Positions 17,205 to 27,640 of a stretch of 64,000 nucleotides of DNA are shown here, one piece after another. The notes under the pieces are model-generated. The model saw only the letters and a list, made by a program, of their open reading frames with translations. It made no database searches and was not told where the DNA came from. The position numbers were made by a program, and so were the translations under genes. The DNA is from Rikenella microfusus (lineage in GTDB: Bacteria; Bacteroidota; Bacteroidia; Bacteroidales; VadinHA17), in NCBI GenBank assembly GCA_022736275.1, contig DZBJ01000004.1, positions 73 to 64,072 of the forward strand, read 5' to 3'. Numbering within the stretch: the first letter of the stretch is position 1; every line of letters starts with the position of its first letter.

Positions 17205-17951
17205 ACCTGTCGGGAAGGTGACCGTCTGTGTTGGTCCCTCCTCCAGCTCTTCTTCGTCTCCGGATTCTTTCTGTTTGGGTTTGACAATCACCCTGATCTT
17301 CCTGTAAGGTATGGTGACGGAGATGTAATATTCGGCTCCCGTAGTTAGCCCGCTTGTACCGGCCCCGTAACCTGGCATCCATACCGGCTTGAGATCCTTT
17401 CCGGCGCCGGCGCTTATCAGCATTCTCAGATACAGGTTCCAGCCTATGGTCATTCCCGGGAAGATCTCGGTGCGCACACCGGGGGTGATCTCCAGAAAAT
17501 GCCCTGTGTGCTTTGACAGCGGAACGGATGACTCTCCGGCACCCCACTCATTGTTGTACCTTATAACCGTGGCCTCCTCACTGTAGAAGCTCAGTCCGTA
17601 TCTCACCCCAATGCCCGCATAATGCTTGCCCTGGGCGATATTGGCCTTGATGAAGTTATAGTCAGGACCGACTGCCACGCTTGTGCCGCGGCTCATGAAA
17701 TCGTAACTGTAATCTGAGGTCTGAAAAGTTGAATACCTTATACCTGCTGTGACGGCCAGAGATGAATTGATGTCAGCTGATAAAGTGGCTCCGTAACTGG
17801 TGAGATCACTGCCTATCATCTTCATGATCGGCCCCGACAGGTCAAAGCCTGCCTTCAGGTGCAGCGGCACGGTGACCGTATCCTGCGACACTGCGGTCGT
17901 TCCTGCGATGAGCAGGAGACTAATAAAACAGATGCAGGTTCTTTTCGCCAT
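17187..17951 (-). CDS. hypothetical outer-membrane beta-barrel protein (possibly DUF6048-like)
   Basis: Signal peptide MAKRTCICFISLLLIAGTTAVSQD and an alternating amphipathic strand pattern. The acidic C-terminal tail overlaps the convergent symporter 3' end by 18 nt. Confidence 0.45.
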   Translation of the reverse strand: MAKRTCICFISLLLIAGTTAVSQDTVTVPLHLKAGFDLSGPIMKMIGSDLTSYGATLSADINSSLAVTAGIRYSTFQTSDYSYDFMSRGTSVAVGPDYNFIKANIAQGKHYAGIGVRYGLSFYSEEATVIRYNNEWGAGESSVPLSKHTGHFLEITPGVRTEIFPGMTIGWNLYLRMLISAGAGKDLKPVWMPGYGAGTSGLTTGAEYYISVTIPYRKIRVIVKPKQKESGDEEELEEGPTQTVTFPTGSGGRL

Positions 17952-18423
17952 TGAGGTTCACATTACTGTTATCAATAATGAGGGTGTCTATTATATTGTG
18001 GGTGGTCATCAACCCGGTTATGGTACTTATGAAGGTGTAGCCGCATTCGGGTGAAACAAGGTGGGGGCTGCGGGTATAGAATATGACAGCTGTGTCGGAG
18101 ATCCCGTCGAGCGTAATGTAAAACACCGACTTATCGATTGATGGGTCGAGTGTCACGGAGAATGACGACACGGACTCTGCATCAACGAATTCAATTGTAT
18201 CTGCAGGAGTTACGCCTTTCACTGTGAGCGAGGAGGCTTTGGCGCTCTCACCGGTTCCGCTTTCAAGCAGAATAGTATTCATCATGGGGTCAATTTCCTC
18301 GTAGCACGACTGCACTGAACATGATCCGAGGCACAGCGTCAGGACCACAGGTATGAAGAGGTCATATCTGAATCGTTTTCCGATAAACGGTGTAATTGAA
18401 TTAGTCCCGAACATATTGGTCAT
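17920..18423 (-). CDS. hypothetical lipoprotein (possibly DUF6452-like)
   Basis: Lipobox-like LTLCLGSC. It overlaps the downstream barrel gene by 32 nt, which suggests an operon. Confidence 0.45.
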   Translation of the reverse strand: MTNMFGTNSITPFIGKRFRYDLFIPVVLTLCLGSCSVQSCYEEIDPMMNTILLESGTGESAKASSLTVKGVTPADTIEFVDAESVSSFSVTLDPSIDKSVFYITLDGISDTAVIFYTRSPHLVSPECGYTFISTITGLMTTHNIIDTLIIDNSNVNLNGEKNLHLFY

Positions 18424-18430
18424 TGCTGAT

Positions 18431-21064
18431 TTACAGCCTCTTTTGTGCCAATGCCACGGCTTTGTCTACCGCCTCATTCAGCCCTTCGGGTCTCTTGCCT
18501 CCGGCAGTGGCCATGAATGGCTGTCCACCGCCTCCTCCGCTGATCTCCGGTGACACTGCCTTGATAAGCTCCACGGCATCGAGATGTGATGATTCGGCAG
18601 CTTCCTCTCCCAGCGCCACTACCAGCGAGGCTTTTCCCTCAATGGCGGATCCCAGGATTACTATGCTGGTACCGTCTGACTGCCTGATCTGGTGAGCAAT
18701 GGTTTTGAGCGTTTCAGGAGGTGTCTCCTCAAGTACACCTGAGTAGATGCGGCAGCTGCCCCTGGTGACGGCGCGGGCCGTCAATTCGCTGCGAACCGCT
18801 GCAGCCGCTTCAACCCTCATCTTTTCAATGGTGTTTTTCAGGGCGGTGTTCTCATTTATCAGTTTTGTTATGTTGGCAGCAGGATTGCCGGTGCTGCGGA
18901 GCATCCCGGTAATCTGATCGAGTGTCTTAAGTTTCTCATTGATGAATGAGAGTGCCCGCCTGCCCGTTACTGCCTCAATTCTTCTGACGCCTGCGGCCAC
19001 TGCGCCTTCAGAGGTGATTTTGAATATACCTATGCGGGAGGTGCTCTCAACATGGGTTCCTCCGCAAAGTTCTACTGACTCTCCGAAAGATACCACCCTC
19101 ACCTTTTCGCCGTATTTTTCTCCAAAGAGGGCGATAGCTCCCATGGCTAAAGCCTGCTCCATCGGAGTATCATGATATACCTCTGAGACGATATTTTTCA
19201 TGATCATCTCATTGACTCTCTGTTCCACGGCTGCCAGCTCCTCCTGTGTGACCTGGCTGAAGTGGCTGAAGTCAAATCTCAGTCGTTCCGGTGTGACAAG
19301 CGATCCCTTCTGCTCCACATGCTTTCCAATCACCTCCCTCAGTGCATGATGCATGAGGTGTGTTGCGGTGTGGTTGTTGGAAGTATCCTGCCGGGCTTCA
19401 CTGTCGACAACGGCTCTGAATGATGCGGACAGATTGCCGGGAAGTTTTTCTGCTATGTGTATGATAAGGTTATTCTCCCTGACTGTATCAGTAACCGCCA
19501 CCTTCTCACTGCCCGATGAAATGAACCCCCTGTCGCCTGTCTGACCTCCCGATTCGGCATAGAATGGGGTTTTGTCAAAGACCAGGTGAATAGCCTCCTT
19601 TCCCCTGGATACAACCTTCCTGTAGCGTGCTATCGTGATATTATCTTCCGTACGGTCGTAGCCGGTGAAGAGAGTGTTCTCCACATCGTGCACTACCACC
19701 CAGTCGCCGGCAGTGACAGCTGCATCATCCCTCGATCTCTCTTTCTGTGTGTTAAGCTCACGCCTGAACGCCTCTTCGTCGAGTGTCATGTTGTTCTCCC
19801 TCATTATCAGTTGGGTGAGATCTACAGGGAACCCGTAGGTGTCAAACAGTTCAAAGGCATCGCTGCCCGGGAAAATGTTCTTTCCTTCCTTTCTAAGGGC
19901 TGCCACCCTCCGCTCAATCATCTTCAGTCCTTTGCCGAGGGTCTTGAGGAAGGCCTGCTCCTCCTCGAAGATCACCCTCGTGATTATCTCCTGCTGGGCT
20001 GAGAGCTCCGGGTATTGATCGCCCATTGATTCAATGAGGGAAGGAAGAAGTTTATGAATGAACGGTTCGGTCATTTCCAGCGAGGTATAACCATATCTTA
20101 CCGCGCGGCGAAGGATCCTCCTGATGACATAACCGGCTTTGTTGTTTGAGGGCAGTTGTCCGTCAGCGATGGAGAATGCTACAGTACGAAGGTGATCTGC
20201 TATGACCCTGTGGGCTGTATCGCGGGCCTGGCTGCCGCCATAGGGTTTGCCTGTCACCACGGCGGAGGCGGCTATGAGTGGCTGGAATATGTCAGTGTCA
20301 TAATTTGACTTTTTGTCCTGTATCACCATGCAGAGCCGTTCGAAGCCCATGCCTGTGTCAACATGCTTTTCAGGCAGCAGTTCCAGTTCGCCTCCGGCCC
20401 TGCGGTTATACTGGATGAATACCAGGTTCCATATCTCTATGACCTGAGGATGCCCTGTGTTAACAAGCAGGTGACCGGGCCTGGCGGCACGCTCTTCGTC
20501 TGACCTGATATCGACATGAATCTCGGAACAGGGTCCGCACGGACCTGTCTCACCCATCTCCCAGAAGTTATCCTTTTTTGAGCCGTTGAGAATGTGGTTT
20601 TCGGGTGAGGCGAAGCATCTGCCCCAGTGATCTGCAGCCTCATCATCGCGAGGCACATCCTCTTCAGAATCTCCTTCAAAGACGGTTGCATAGATCCTCT
20701 CCTGAGGAATTCCCAGACGGCTTGTAAGGAACTCCCATGCCCACTCTATTGCCTCTTTCTTGAAGTAGTCGCCGAACGACCAGTTGCCCAGCATCTCGAA
20801 CATTGTATGATGATAGGTGTCAAGCCCCACCTCCTCAAGATCGTTATGTTTGCCTGAGACGCGCAGGCACTTCTGCGAATTGGCTATCCTCTTATAGGCG
20901 GCAGGATGGTTGCCAAGAAAAATATCTTTGAACTGGTTCATCCCCGCATTGGTGAACATAAGTGTGGGATCGTTCTTGATAACCATCGGTGCCGATGGCA
21001 CAATCCTGTGTTCTTTTGTCCTGAAAAAGTTCAGGAACTCCTCCCTTATTTCGTTTGCCTTCAT
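18431..21064 (-). CDS. alaS: alanine--tRNA ligase
   Basis: Length is 877 aa. Motifs FTNAGMNQFK, HHTMFEMLGNWSFGDYFK, the editing-domain HTATHLMHHAL, and the C-terminal DHHA1-like GGGGGQP. Confidence 0.95.
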   Translation of the reverse strand: MKANEIREEFLNFFRTKEHRIVPSAPMVIKNDPTLMFTNAGMNQFKDIFLGNHPAAYKRIANSQKCLRVSGKHNDLEEVGLDTYHHTMFEMLGNWSFGDYFKKEAIEWAWEFLTSRLGIPQERIYATVFEGDSEEDVPRDDEAADHWGRCFASPENHILNGSKKDNFWEMGETGPCGPCSEIHVDIRSDEERAARPGHLLVNTGHPQVIEIWNLVFIQYNRRAGGELELLPEKHVDTGMGFERLCMVIQDKKSNYDTDIFQPLIAASAVVTGKPYGGSQARDTAHRVIADHLRTVAFSIADGQLPSNNKAGYVIRRILRRAVRYGYTSLEMTEPFIHKLLPSLIESMGDQYPELSAQQEIITRVIFEEEQAFLKTLGKGLKMIERRVAALRKEGKNIFPGSDAFELFDTYGFPVDLTQLIMRENNMTLDEEAFRRELNTQKERSRDDAAVTAGDWVVVHDVENTLFTGYDRTEDNITIARYRKVVSRGKEAIHLVFDKTPFYAESGGQTGDRGFISSGSEKVAVTDTVRENNLIIHIAEKLPGNLSASFRAVVDSEARQDTSNNHTATHLMHHALREVIGKHVEQKGSLVTPERLRFDFSHFSQVTQEELAAVEQRVNEMIMKNIVSEVYHDTPMEQALAMGAIALFGEKYGEKVRVVSFGESVELCGGTHVESTSRIGIFKITSEGAVAAGVRRIEAVTGRRALSFINEKLKTLDQITGMLRSTGNPAANITKLINENTALKNTIEKMRVEAAAAVRSELTARAVTRGSCRIYSGVLEETPPETLKTIAHQIRQSDGTSIVILGSAIEGKASLVVALGEEAAESSHLDAVELIKAVSPEISGGGGGQPFMATAGGKRPEGLNEAVDKAVALAQKRL

Positions 21065-21128
21065 TTAATATCCGCACGCCCCGTTGAAACATTTAATTCA
21101 GGGGTGCGTAAAATTAATTCAAATATCT

Positions 21129-21136
21129 TACGTTTG
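21129..21136 (+). promoter_or_regulatory. -7 promoter box TACGTTTG upstream of the first M23 peptidase
   Basis: TAnnTTTG match 43 nt upstream of the ATG at 21180. Confidence 0.35.
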
Positions 21137-21179
21137 TCAGATAGCACTCCAAAAATTGTGGCAATACACTGATCTATTG

Positions 21180-22136
21180 ATGCTGATAGGGAAGAAGTAC
21201 GTTTTTGATGCAGCCAGCCTTCAGTTTACGAGGCACCGGCGAAACACACGTGAGAAGCTTATACGTTTCTCGGTGTGGTTTGGCCTTTCTGTCTTAATGA
21301 CAATCATTTATGCATTTATCTTCCATCAGCTTTTCGGCTCTCCCAAAGAGGAGCTGCTGGCTCAGAAGGTCGATGAAATGAAGCTTAAATACACACTGCT
21401 CGAAAGAAAAATAGACTATTCTTCGGCAGTCATTGCTGACCTGAGGTCTTCCGATAACTCATCGTACAGGGCCATTCTGGATCTTCCTCTCATACCGGAG
21501 AACATATCTGAGGGCGGAGCCGGAGGTATAAACAAGGTCGGTGACCTTACAGGTTATATGAATACTGAACTGATGATGGCAGTGAGCTCAAAGTTCGATG
21601 ATCTCAAGACCCAGACCAACATACAGTATAACTCACTCACCGAGCTGACCGTCAGGGCTGCGGAGTGGAAGGAGATGTGGGCGCACCTGCCTTATATCAG
21701 GCCTGTCAATGTCACAATGCGTCTGGGTGACGGCGTAAAGTTTCGCGAGAAGCACCCTGTTCTCGGATCACCGCGCTGGCATTTTGGCCAGGACTTCCGG
21801 TGTCCGCTTGGTACCGAGGTGTATGCTACCGGCGCCGGTGTAGTATATTATGCAGGAAATGATAATGACGGCTTCGGAATCAAGGTTGTGATAGACCACG
21901 GCTATGGCTACAGGACAATTTATGGCCATCTCAGCGAGTACAGGGTAAAAAGAGGGCAGAAGGTCACCCGCGGCGATATGATCGGGCTCTCGGGAAACAC
22001 AGGGATATCTACCGGCCCGCACTTGCACTACCAGATCGACCTGTTTGGTTCACATGTGAACCCGCTCTGGTATTTCGGTGACAGCCTGACGGAGGATGAG
22101 TATTTCATGATGCTGGACTTCCTTACCAGACCCTGA
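21180..22136 (+). CDS. M23 family metallopeptidase (membrane-anchored, coiled-coil N-terminus)
   Basis: The start was set at MLIGKKYVFD by analogy with the paralogue. Motifs HFGQDF, GHLSEY and GNTGISTGPHLHYQI. Confidence 0.8.
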   Translation: MLIGKKYVFDAASLQFTRHRRNTREKLIRFSVWFGLSVLMTIIYAFIFHQLFGSPKEELLAQKVDEMKLKYTLLERKIDYSSAVIADLRSSDNSSYRAILDLPLIPENISEGGAGGINKVGDLTGYMNTELMMAVSSKFDDLKTQTNIQYNSLTELTVRAAEWKEMWAHLPYIRPVNVTMRLGDGVKFREKHPVLGSPRWHFGQDFRCPLGTEVYATGAGVVYYAGNDNDGFGIKVVIDHGYGYRTIYGHLSEYRVKRGQKVTRGDMIGLSGNTGISTGPHLHYQIDLFGSHVNPLWYFGDSLTEDEYFMMLDFLTRP

Positions 22137-22201
22137 GCAAAAAACGGATAAGCATAAACTGAAGTCTGCAAAGACATTTTTGTATTTATCCTAATAATTC
22201 T

Positions 22202-22209
22202 TATGTTTG
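22202..22209 (+). promoter_or_regulatory. -7 promoter box TATGTTTG upstream of the second M23 peptidase
   Basis: TAnnTTTG match 28 nt upstream of the ATG at 22238. Confidence 0.35.
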
Positions 22210-22237
22210 CAGGGCATTCAGTATGCCATTATAGCAG

Positions 22238-23209
22238 ATGCCAAAGACAAAGTACAAGTTTAATCACGAGACTCTTAGCTTTGACAGGATAAGGCTGGGG
22301 ATCAGGCAGACCTTCTTGCGCCTTTTCGGATATTTCGTCGCATCACTCTTTCTTGCAGGCATTTACGGGTTTATTTTTGCCTTTGTATTTGACTCGCCGC
22401 AGGAAAAGGCTCTCAAGAGGGAGATAGAACAGCTCACTCTTCAGTACGAGCTTATGAATCGCGAGATGGATAATGTCGAGAAAGTTCTTGGCCACCTCCA
22501 GGAGACGGATGATAACCTCTACCGGACCATCTTCGAGACTGAACCTTTGCCCTCTTCATACCGTGAAGGCGGTATTGGCGGCGTGAACAGGTATGCTGAG
22601 CTTGAGGGATTCACAAACTCGCAGTTGGTGATTGAGACCTCGGAACGGCTTGACAAAATCAGGAAAAAGATATATGTGCAGTCGCAGTCGTTTGATGAAC
22701 TCATAGCGTATGCCTCCGAGAAGGAGGAGATGCTTGCCAGCATCCCGGCGATACAGCCTATATCAAACAAGGACCTGAAGCGTACTGCCTCCGGCTTTGG
22801 ATACCGTATCCATCCAATATACAAGATATCAAAGTTCCATTCAGGCATGGACTTCACGGCACCTACGCGCACCGAGGTCTATGCCACTGGCAACGGGGTG
22901 ATCAGCACGGTCAAATCAGCCCGTCGTGAACTGGGGAACCATATAATCGTTGATCACGGATTTGGCTACCAGACGGTCTATGCTCATCTTGACGGCTTCA
23001 ACGTCAGGGAGGGGCAGAAGGTCAAACGCGGCGATGTTATCGGGTTTGTAGGCAGCACCGGTCTCTCCACCGCCCCTCACCTTCACTATGAGGTATTGGT
23101 AAACGGCAAGCATGTTGATCCGGCATTATATTACTTTAACGATCTGACTCCCGACGAATATGAGCGGATGCTCGAGATATCGAGTAAGAGCGGGCAGACC
23201 TTCGACTGA
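22238..23209 (+). CDS. M23 family metallopeptidase (tandem paralogue)
   Basis: HSGMDFTAP, AHLDGF and GSTGLSTAPHLHYEV. Confidence 0.8.
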   Translation: MPKTKYKFNHETLSFDRIRLGIRQTFLRLFGYFVASLFLAGIYGFIFAFVFDSPQEKALKREIEQLTLQYELMNREMDNVEKVLGHLQETDDNLYRTIFETEPLPSSYREGGIGGVNRYAELEGFTNSQLVIETSERLDKIRKKIYVQSQSFDELIAYASEKEEMLASIPAIQPISNKDLKRTASGFGYRIHPIYKISKFHSGMDFTAPTRTEVYATGNGVISTVKSARRELGNHIIVDHGFGYQTVYAHLDGFNVREGQKVKRGDVIGFVGSTGLSTAPHLHYEVLVNGKHVDPALYYFNDLTPDEYERMLEISSKSGQTFD

Positions 23210-23224
23210 TCCATTTAGCTCATT

Positions 23225-23563
23225 ATGCCGTACAGGGAAAAGAAAACAGAAAAGCTCTATTACCAGATCGGGGAGGTCTCCGAAATGTTTTCCGAGCCTG
23301 TCTCCACCATTCGTTTCTGGGAGAAGGAGTTTGATGTGCTCAGACCCAAAAAGAACAATAAGGGAAACCGGCTCTTTATGCAGGATGACATAAAGAACCT
23401 GCGGCTCATTCACCACCTTCTGAGGGAGAGGGGTATGACCCTTGAGGGTGCAAGAAAATACCTGAAGAATAACCGTGAGGAGACCGATTACCGCCTGGAG
23501 ATAGCTGATTCGCTGCGGAACATCAGGGCCATGCTCATTGAGATCAGGGACGAAATTCAATGA
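23225..23563 (+). CDS. MerR family transcriptional regulator
   Basis: HTH segment YYQIGEVSEMFSEPVSTIRFWEKEF..NRLFMQDDIKNLRLIHHLL. Confidence 0.75.
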   Translation: MPYREKKTEKLYYQIGEVSEMFSEPVSTIRFWEKEFDVLRPKKNNKGNRLFMQDDIKNLRLIHHLLRERGMTLEGARKYLKNNREETDYRLEIADSLRNIRAMLIEIRDEIQ

Positions 23564-23567
23564 GTCT

Positions 23568-24671
23568 ATGGCGGTCACCCTCGGAGAATTCGTAAAATGG
23601 CTCGAAGAGCTGATACCCCCGGCATTACAGGAACATTATGACAACAGCGGACTGCAGACAGGATATCCTGCTGCTGAGGTCGATTCAGTACTGCTTGCCG
23701 TTGATGTGACACCTGATGTCATAGGCGAGGCTGTCACTCATGGATGTCAGCTTGTAGTATCGCATCATCCGCTCATCTTCACCCCTCTGAAGCGACTGGC
23801 CTTCGGCAGTGATACTGAGCGCAGCGTGGCCGCCGCCCTGAAAAACAATATCGCCGTCTATTCGGCTCATACCAGCTTTGACAACGTACAACACGGAGTG
23901 AGTCATATTCTTGCGGAGAAGCTGGGATTGCAGTTTATCAGGGTACTGGTGCCGCTCAGCGGGAAACTCTCAAAACTCGTAACCTTCGTCCCTTCAACCT
24001 ATGCCGGCAGTGTTAGGGATGCTCTCTTTGCCGCCGGTGCCGGACAGATCGGCAACTATGACCGTTGCAGCTTTAATGTGCAGGGGGAGGGCACCTACCG
24101 TGCCGGTGAGGGTGCTGATCCCTTTGCCGGACGTATAGGAGAGGATCATTCCGAGGCTGAGGTACGGATAGAGGCAGTCATGCCGTCGCACCTGTCCGGA
24201 GCGTGTGTCCGGGCTCTGCTCTCGGCACATCCCTATGAGGAGGTTGCGTATGACATCATCGCTCTTGAGAACGAGTATCCCGGCGCCGGTGCGGGTGCCA
24301 TAGGCACCCTGCCCGCCCCGGTCAGAGGCAGTGAGCTGCTGGGCCGGCTGAAGCTGCTGACCGGGATGCCTTTCATACGCTACAGCGGCGACACCTCACG
24401 CCTCCTGACCACGGTGGCCGTGTGCGGAGGGTCAGGCTCCGCATTTATCCCCGCCGCTGCCCGCGCCGGCGCCGATGCCTTCATCACCGGTGACATCAAA
24501 TACCACACCTTCGCCGAGGCTCCTGAAAATTTGCTGGTGGCTGATGCCGGCCATTATGAGAGTGAAAAATTTTCTTTGGAGATACTCCACAACCTGATTC
24601 ATAAAAAATTTCCTAACTTTGCACTCCGGTTTTCGGAAATAAAAACGAATCCGGTAAATTACTTCCAATGA
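23568..24671 (+). CDS. Nif3-like dinuclear metal centre protein (YbgI/GTP cyclohydrolase 1 type 2 family)
   Basis: The start was set at MAVTLGEF, just after the merR stop. Motifs DNSGLQ, VVSHHPLIF, YSAHTSFD and GHYESE. Confidence 0.8.
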   Translation: MAVTLGEFVKWLEELIPPALQEHYDNSGLQTGYPAAEVDSVLLAVDVTPDVIGEAVTHGCQLVVSHHPLIFTPLKRLAFGSDTERSVAAALKNNIAVYSAHTSFDNVQHGVSHILAEKLGLQFIRVLVPLSGKLSKLVTFVPSTYAGSVRDALFAAGAGQIGNYDRCSFNVQGEGTYRAGEGADPFAGRIGEDHSEAEVRIEAVMPSHLSGACVRALLSAHPYEEVAYDIIALENEYPGAGAGAIGTLPAPVRGSELLGRLKLLTGMPFIRYSGDTSRLLTTVAVCGGSGSAFIPAAARAGADAFITGDIKYHTFAEAPENLLVADAGHYESEKFSLEILHNLIHKKFPNFALRFSEIKTNPVNYFQ

Positions 24672-24763
24672 AATGAAGCCCGCATTTTATGCAGAGACAA
24701 CAAATAACAACTGATTAAACTGACATACGGGTTCAGGTATACCATTCAAATCAAAATTACATA

Positions 24764-25525
24764 ATGATGAAACAGACCAAAACAGCTGAAACTGAACTTA
24801 CCATAGAGGAGAAACTGAGAGCACTCTATTCACTGCAGCTTATTGATTCAGAGATAGATAAGATACGCACTCTTAGGGGCGAACTCCCGCTTGAGGTTCA
24901 GGATCTTGAAGACGATGTGGCAGGGCTCGAGACCAGGATAGGGAACCTGAAGAGCGAGATCGCCGAGCTCGAGAAGTCCATTGCCGGAAAGAACAACGAG
25001 ATCACCAATTCAACGGCCCTCATCAAGAAATATGAGGAACAGCAGAATAATGTGCGCAATAACCGCGAGTATGATTCGCTCTCCAAGGAGATAGAGTTTC
25101 AGACCCTGGAGATCGAGCTGTGCAGCAAGAAGATACGTGAATTTACCATTCAGGAAGGAGAGAAAAAGGAGGTGATGGCCGTTGCCCAGGCAGCCCTTGA
25201 TGAGAGACAGCGCGACCTCGACGGGAAGAAGTCGGAACTTGATGACATCACGCGTGATACGCAGAAGGAAGAGGAGCAGCTTGACATAAAATCTGCAGAA
25301 CTGCAGAAAAAGATTGAGGAGAGGCTCCTTACTGCCTACAAGCGCATCCGCTCCAATGCCCGCAACGGGCTGGCGGTAGTCTCGGTACAGAGAGATGCAT
25401 GCGGCGGCTGTTTCAACCAGATACCCCCTCAGCGTCAGCTTGACATCAGGTCAAGGAAAAAGATCATAGTCTGCGAATATTGCGGACGCATCCTCGTAGA
25501 CGACGAGATCGTAAACGAACAATAG
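24764..25525 (+). CDS. zinc-ribbon/coiled-coil protein (COG1579 family), the usual Nif3 neighbour
   Basis: Long coiled coil followed by CGGCFNQIPPQ..VCEYCGRIL. Confidence 0.7.
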   Translation: MMKQTKTAETELTIEEKLRALYSLQLIDSEIDKIRTLRGELPLEVQDLEDDVAGLETRIGNLKSEIAELEKSIAGKNNEITNSTALIKKYEEQQNNVRNNREYDSLSKEIEFQTLEIELCSKKIREFTIQEGEKKEVMAVAQAALDERQRDLDGKKSELDDITRDTQKEEEQLDIKSAELQKKIEERLLTAYKRIRSNARNGLAVVSVQRDACGGCFNQIPPQRQLDIRSRKKIIVCEYCGRILVDDEIVNEQ

Positions 25526-25552
25526 ACAGGGTATCCTGCCTTAGTGTTTATA

Positions 25553-25578
25553 CAGAGACGTTGCATGCAACGTCTCTG
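25553..25578 (+). terminator. perfect 26-nt palindromic hairpin after the COG1579 gene
   Basis: CAGAGACGTTGCATGCAACGTCTCTG. The downstream T-run is weak. Confidence 0.45.
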
Positions 25579-25588
25579 CTCGTTTCAT

Positions 25589-25596
25589 TATCTTTG
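25589..25596 (+). promoter_or_regulatory. -7 promoter box TATCTTTG upstream of hutU
   Basis: TAnnTTTG match 24 nt upstream of the ATG at 25621. Confidence 0.35.
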
Positions 25597-25620
25597 CTGT
25601 GTTGATTTACAATCTGTATA

Positions 25621-27630
25621 ATGGATGATTTCAAGACCCACGTAAGGGAGGGGATTCCCGACCGGCTTCCCGAACTAAAGCCATACGATAGTTCGGTCAA
25701 TCATGCCCCCCGCCGCCGCGATATTCTCACCACCGATGAAAAGAAGCTGGCACTCCGAAATGCACTGAGGTATTTTCCGCCACAGTTGCACGGTGTTCTT
25801 GCTCCGGAGTTTGCCGCTGAACTGCGTGACCGCGGCCGTATTTACATGTACCGTTACCGGCCATCGTATGAGATGAAGGCCAGACCTGTGGGCGATTATC
25901 CGCACATATCTGTTCAGGCTGCTGCCATAATGCTCATGATCACGAACAATCTTGATCCTGCCGTGGCCCAGCACCCCCATGAGCTGATAACCTATGGCGG
26001 CAACGGCGCCGTCTTCCAGAACTGGGCCCAGTACAGGCTTACCATGAAGTACCTGTCAGAGATGACCGATGAGCAGACCCTGGTGGTCTATTCCGGCCAT
26101 CCTCTCGGACTATTTCCATCGCACAGGGAGGCTCCGCGCGTGGTGGTCACCAACGGCATGGTTATACCCAATTACTCCTCCCAGGACGACTGGGAGAGGT
26201 TCAATGCCCTTGGTGTTTCGCAGTACGGGCAGATGACTGCAGGCTCCTACATGTACATCGGGCCGCAGGGAATCGTTCACGGCACAACCATCACCCTCCT
26301 CAATGCCCTGCGCCGTCTTCAGCCCACTGATGACAGCACCAGGAAGAGCCGGCTCTTTATCTCATCGGGACTGGGAGGAATGTCAGGGGCACAGCCCAAG
26401 GCAGGCAACATAGCGGGTGTTGTCTCAGTTATAGCCGAGGTCAATCCACGGGCAATAAAAACCCGTTTTGCCCAGGGCTGGGTCGATGAGGTCCATGGCG
26501 ATCTCGCCGTGCTGGCTGACCGGGTGAGAAGAGCCTGCGGTGCAGGGGAGGCTGTCTCCCTGGCTTACCACGGGAATATCGTAGACCTGTGGGAGAGGTT
26601 TGCCGAGGAGGGGTTGTGGGCCGATCTGGGATCTGACCAGACCTCACTCCATAACCCATGGTCAGGAGGCTATTATCCGGCAGGGATCACCTTCGAAGAG
26701 GCCAATACCGTGGTGGCAGATGACCCCGACACCTTTCGCAAGCTGGTGCAGGCTTCGCTGCGACGCCAGGTGGAAGCCATCAATCAGCACACTGCCCACG
26801 GTGCCTACTTCTTTGATTACGGCAACGCCTTCCTGCTTGAATCATCGCGCGCCGGAGCTGATATCACAGACGGCCGCGGCGGTTTCCGCTACCCTTCATA
26901 TGTTGAGGATATAATGGGTCCTCTCTGTTTTGACTACGGTTTCGGCCCGTTCAGGTGGGTATGTTGTTCAGGCGACCCTGCTGACCTGGCAAAGACGGAT
27001 GCAATCGCCGCAGCGTCCCTTGAACGGCTGATGAAAGACTCACCTGACGATATCCGGCAGCAGATGTCCGACAATATTCACTGGATACGCGAGGCGGCGC
27101 GTAACAGGCTGGTGGTGGGTTCGCAGGCACGGATACTCTATGCCGATGCCCGTGGCAGGGCAATGATAGCAGAGGCCTTCAACGACGCCATTGCCGGTGG
27201 AGACATAAGCGGGCCCATAGTCATAGGCCGCGATCATCATGATGTGTCGGGCACCGACTCGCCATTCCGCGAGACAGCAAATATATATGACGGCTCACGG
27301 TTCACTGCCGACATGGCGGTGCAGAATGTGATCGGCGACGCTTTCCGCGGAGCCACTTGGGTCTCATTGCATAACGGCGGCGGCGTCGGATGGGGCGAGG
27401 TGATCAATGGCGGGTTCGGAATGGTGCTTGACGGTACACAGGAGGCGGGGCGAAGGCTCAGGTCGATGCTCTTCTGGGATGTCAACAACGGCATAGCACG
27501 CCGCAGCTGGGCGAGGAACAGCGGAGCCGTGTCGGCAATACAGCGCGAGATGGACCGTACCCCCGGACTGGTGGTCACAATGCCGTCACTGGCTGATGAC
27601 AACCTTATAGATTCATTATTCAGGGAATAG
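25621..27630 (+). CDS. hutU: urocanate hydratase
   Basis: Length is 669 aa (the long form). Motifs TYGGNGAVFQNW, GLGGMSGAQPKA and SLHNGGGVGWGE. Confidence 0.9.
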   Translation: MDDFKTHVREGIPDRLPELKPYDSSVNHAPRRRDILTTDEKKLALRNALRYFPPQLHGVLAPEFAAELRDRGRIYMYRYRPSYEMKARPVGDYPHISVQAAAIMLMITNNLDPAVAQHPHELITYGGNGAVFQNWAQYRLTMKYLSEMTDEQTLVVYSGHPLGLFPSHREAPRVVVTNGMVIPNYSSQDDWERFNALGVSQYGQMTAGSYMYIGPQGIVHGTTITLLNALRRLQPTDDSTRKSRLFISSGLGGMSGAQPKAGNIAGVVSVIAEVNPRAIKTRFAQGWVDEVHGDLAVLADRVRRACGAGEAVSLAYHGNIVDLWERFAEEGLWADLGSDQTSLHNPWSGGYYPAGITFEEANTVVADDPDTFRKLVQASLRRQVEAINQHTAHGAYFFDYGNAFLLESSRAGADITDGRGGFRYPSYVEDIMGPLCFDYGFGPFRWVCCSGDPADLAKTDAIAAASLERLMKDSPDDIRQQMSDNIHWIREAARNRLVVGSQARILYADARGRAMIAEAFNDAIAGGDISGPIVIGRDHHDVSGTDSPFRETANIYDGSRFTADMAVQNVIGDAFRGATWVSLHNGGGVGWGEVINGGFGMVLDGTQEAGRRLRSMLFWDVNNGIARRSWARNSGAVSAIQREMDRTPGLVVTMPSLADDNLIDSLFRE

Positions 27631-27640
27631 GCAAAAGTGA

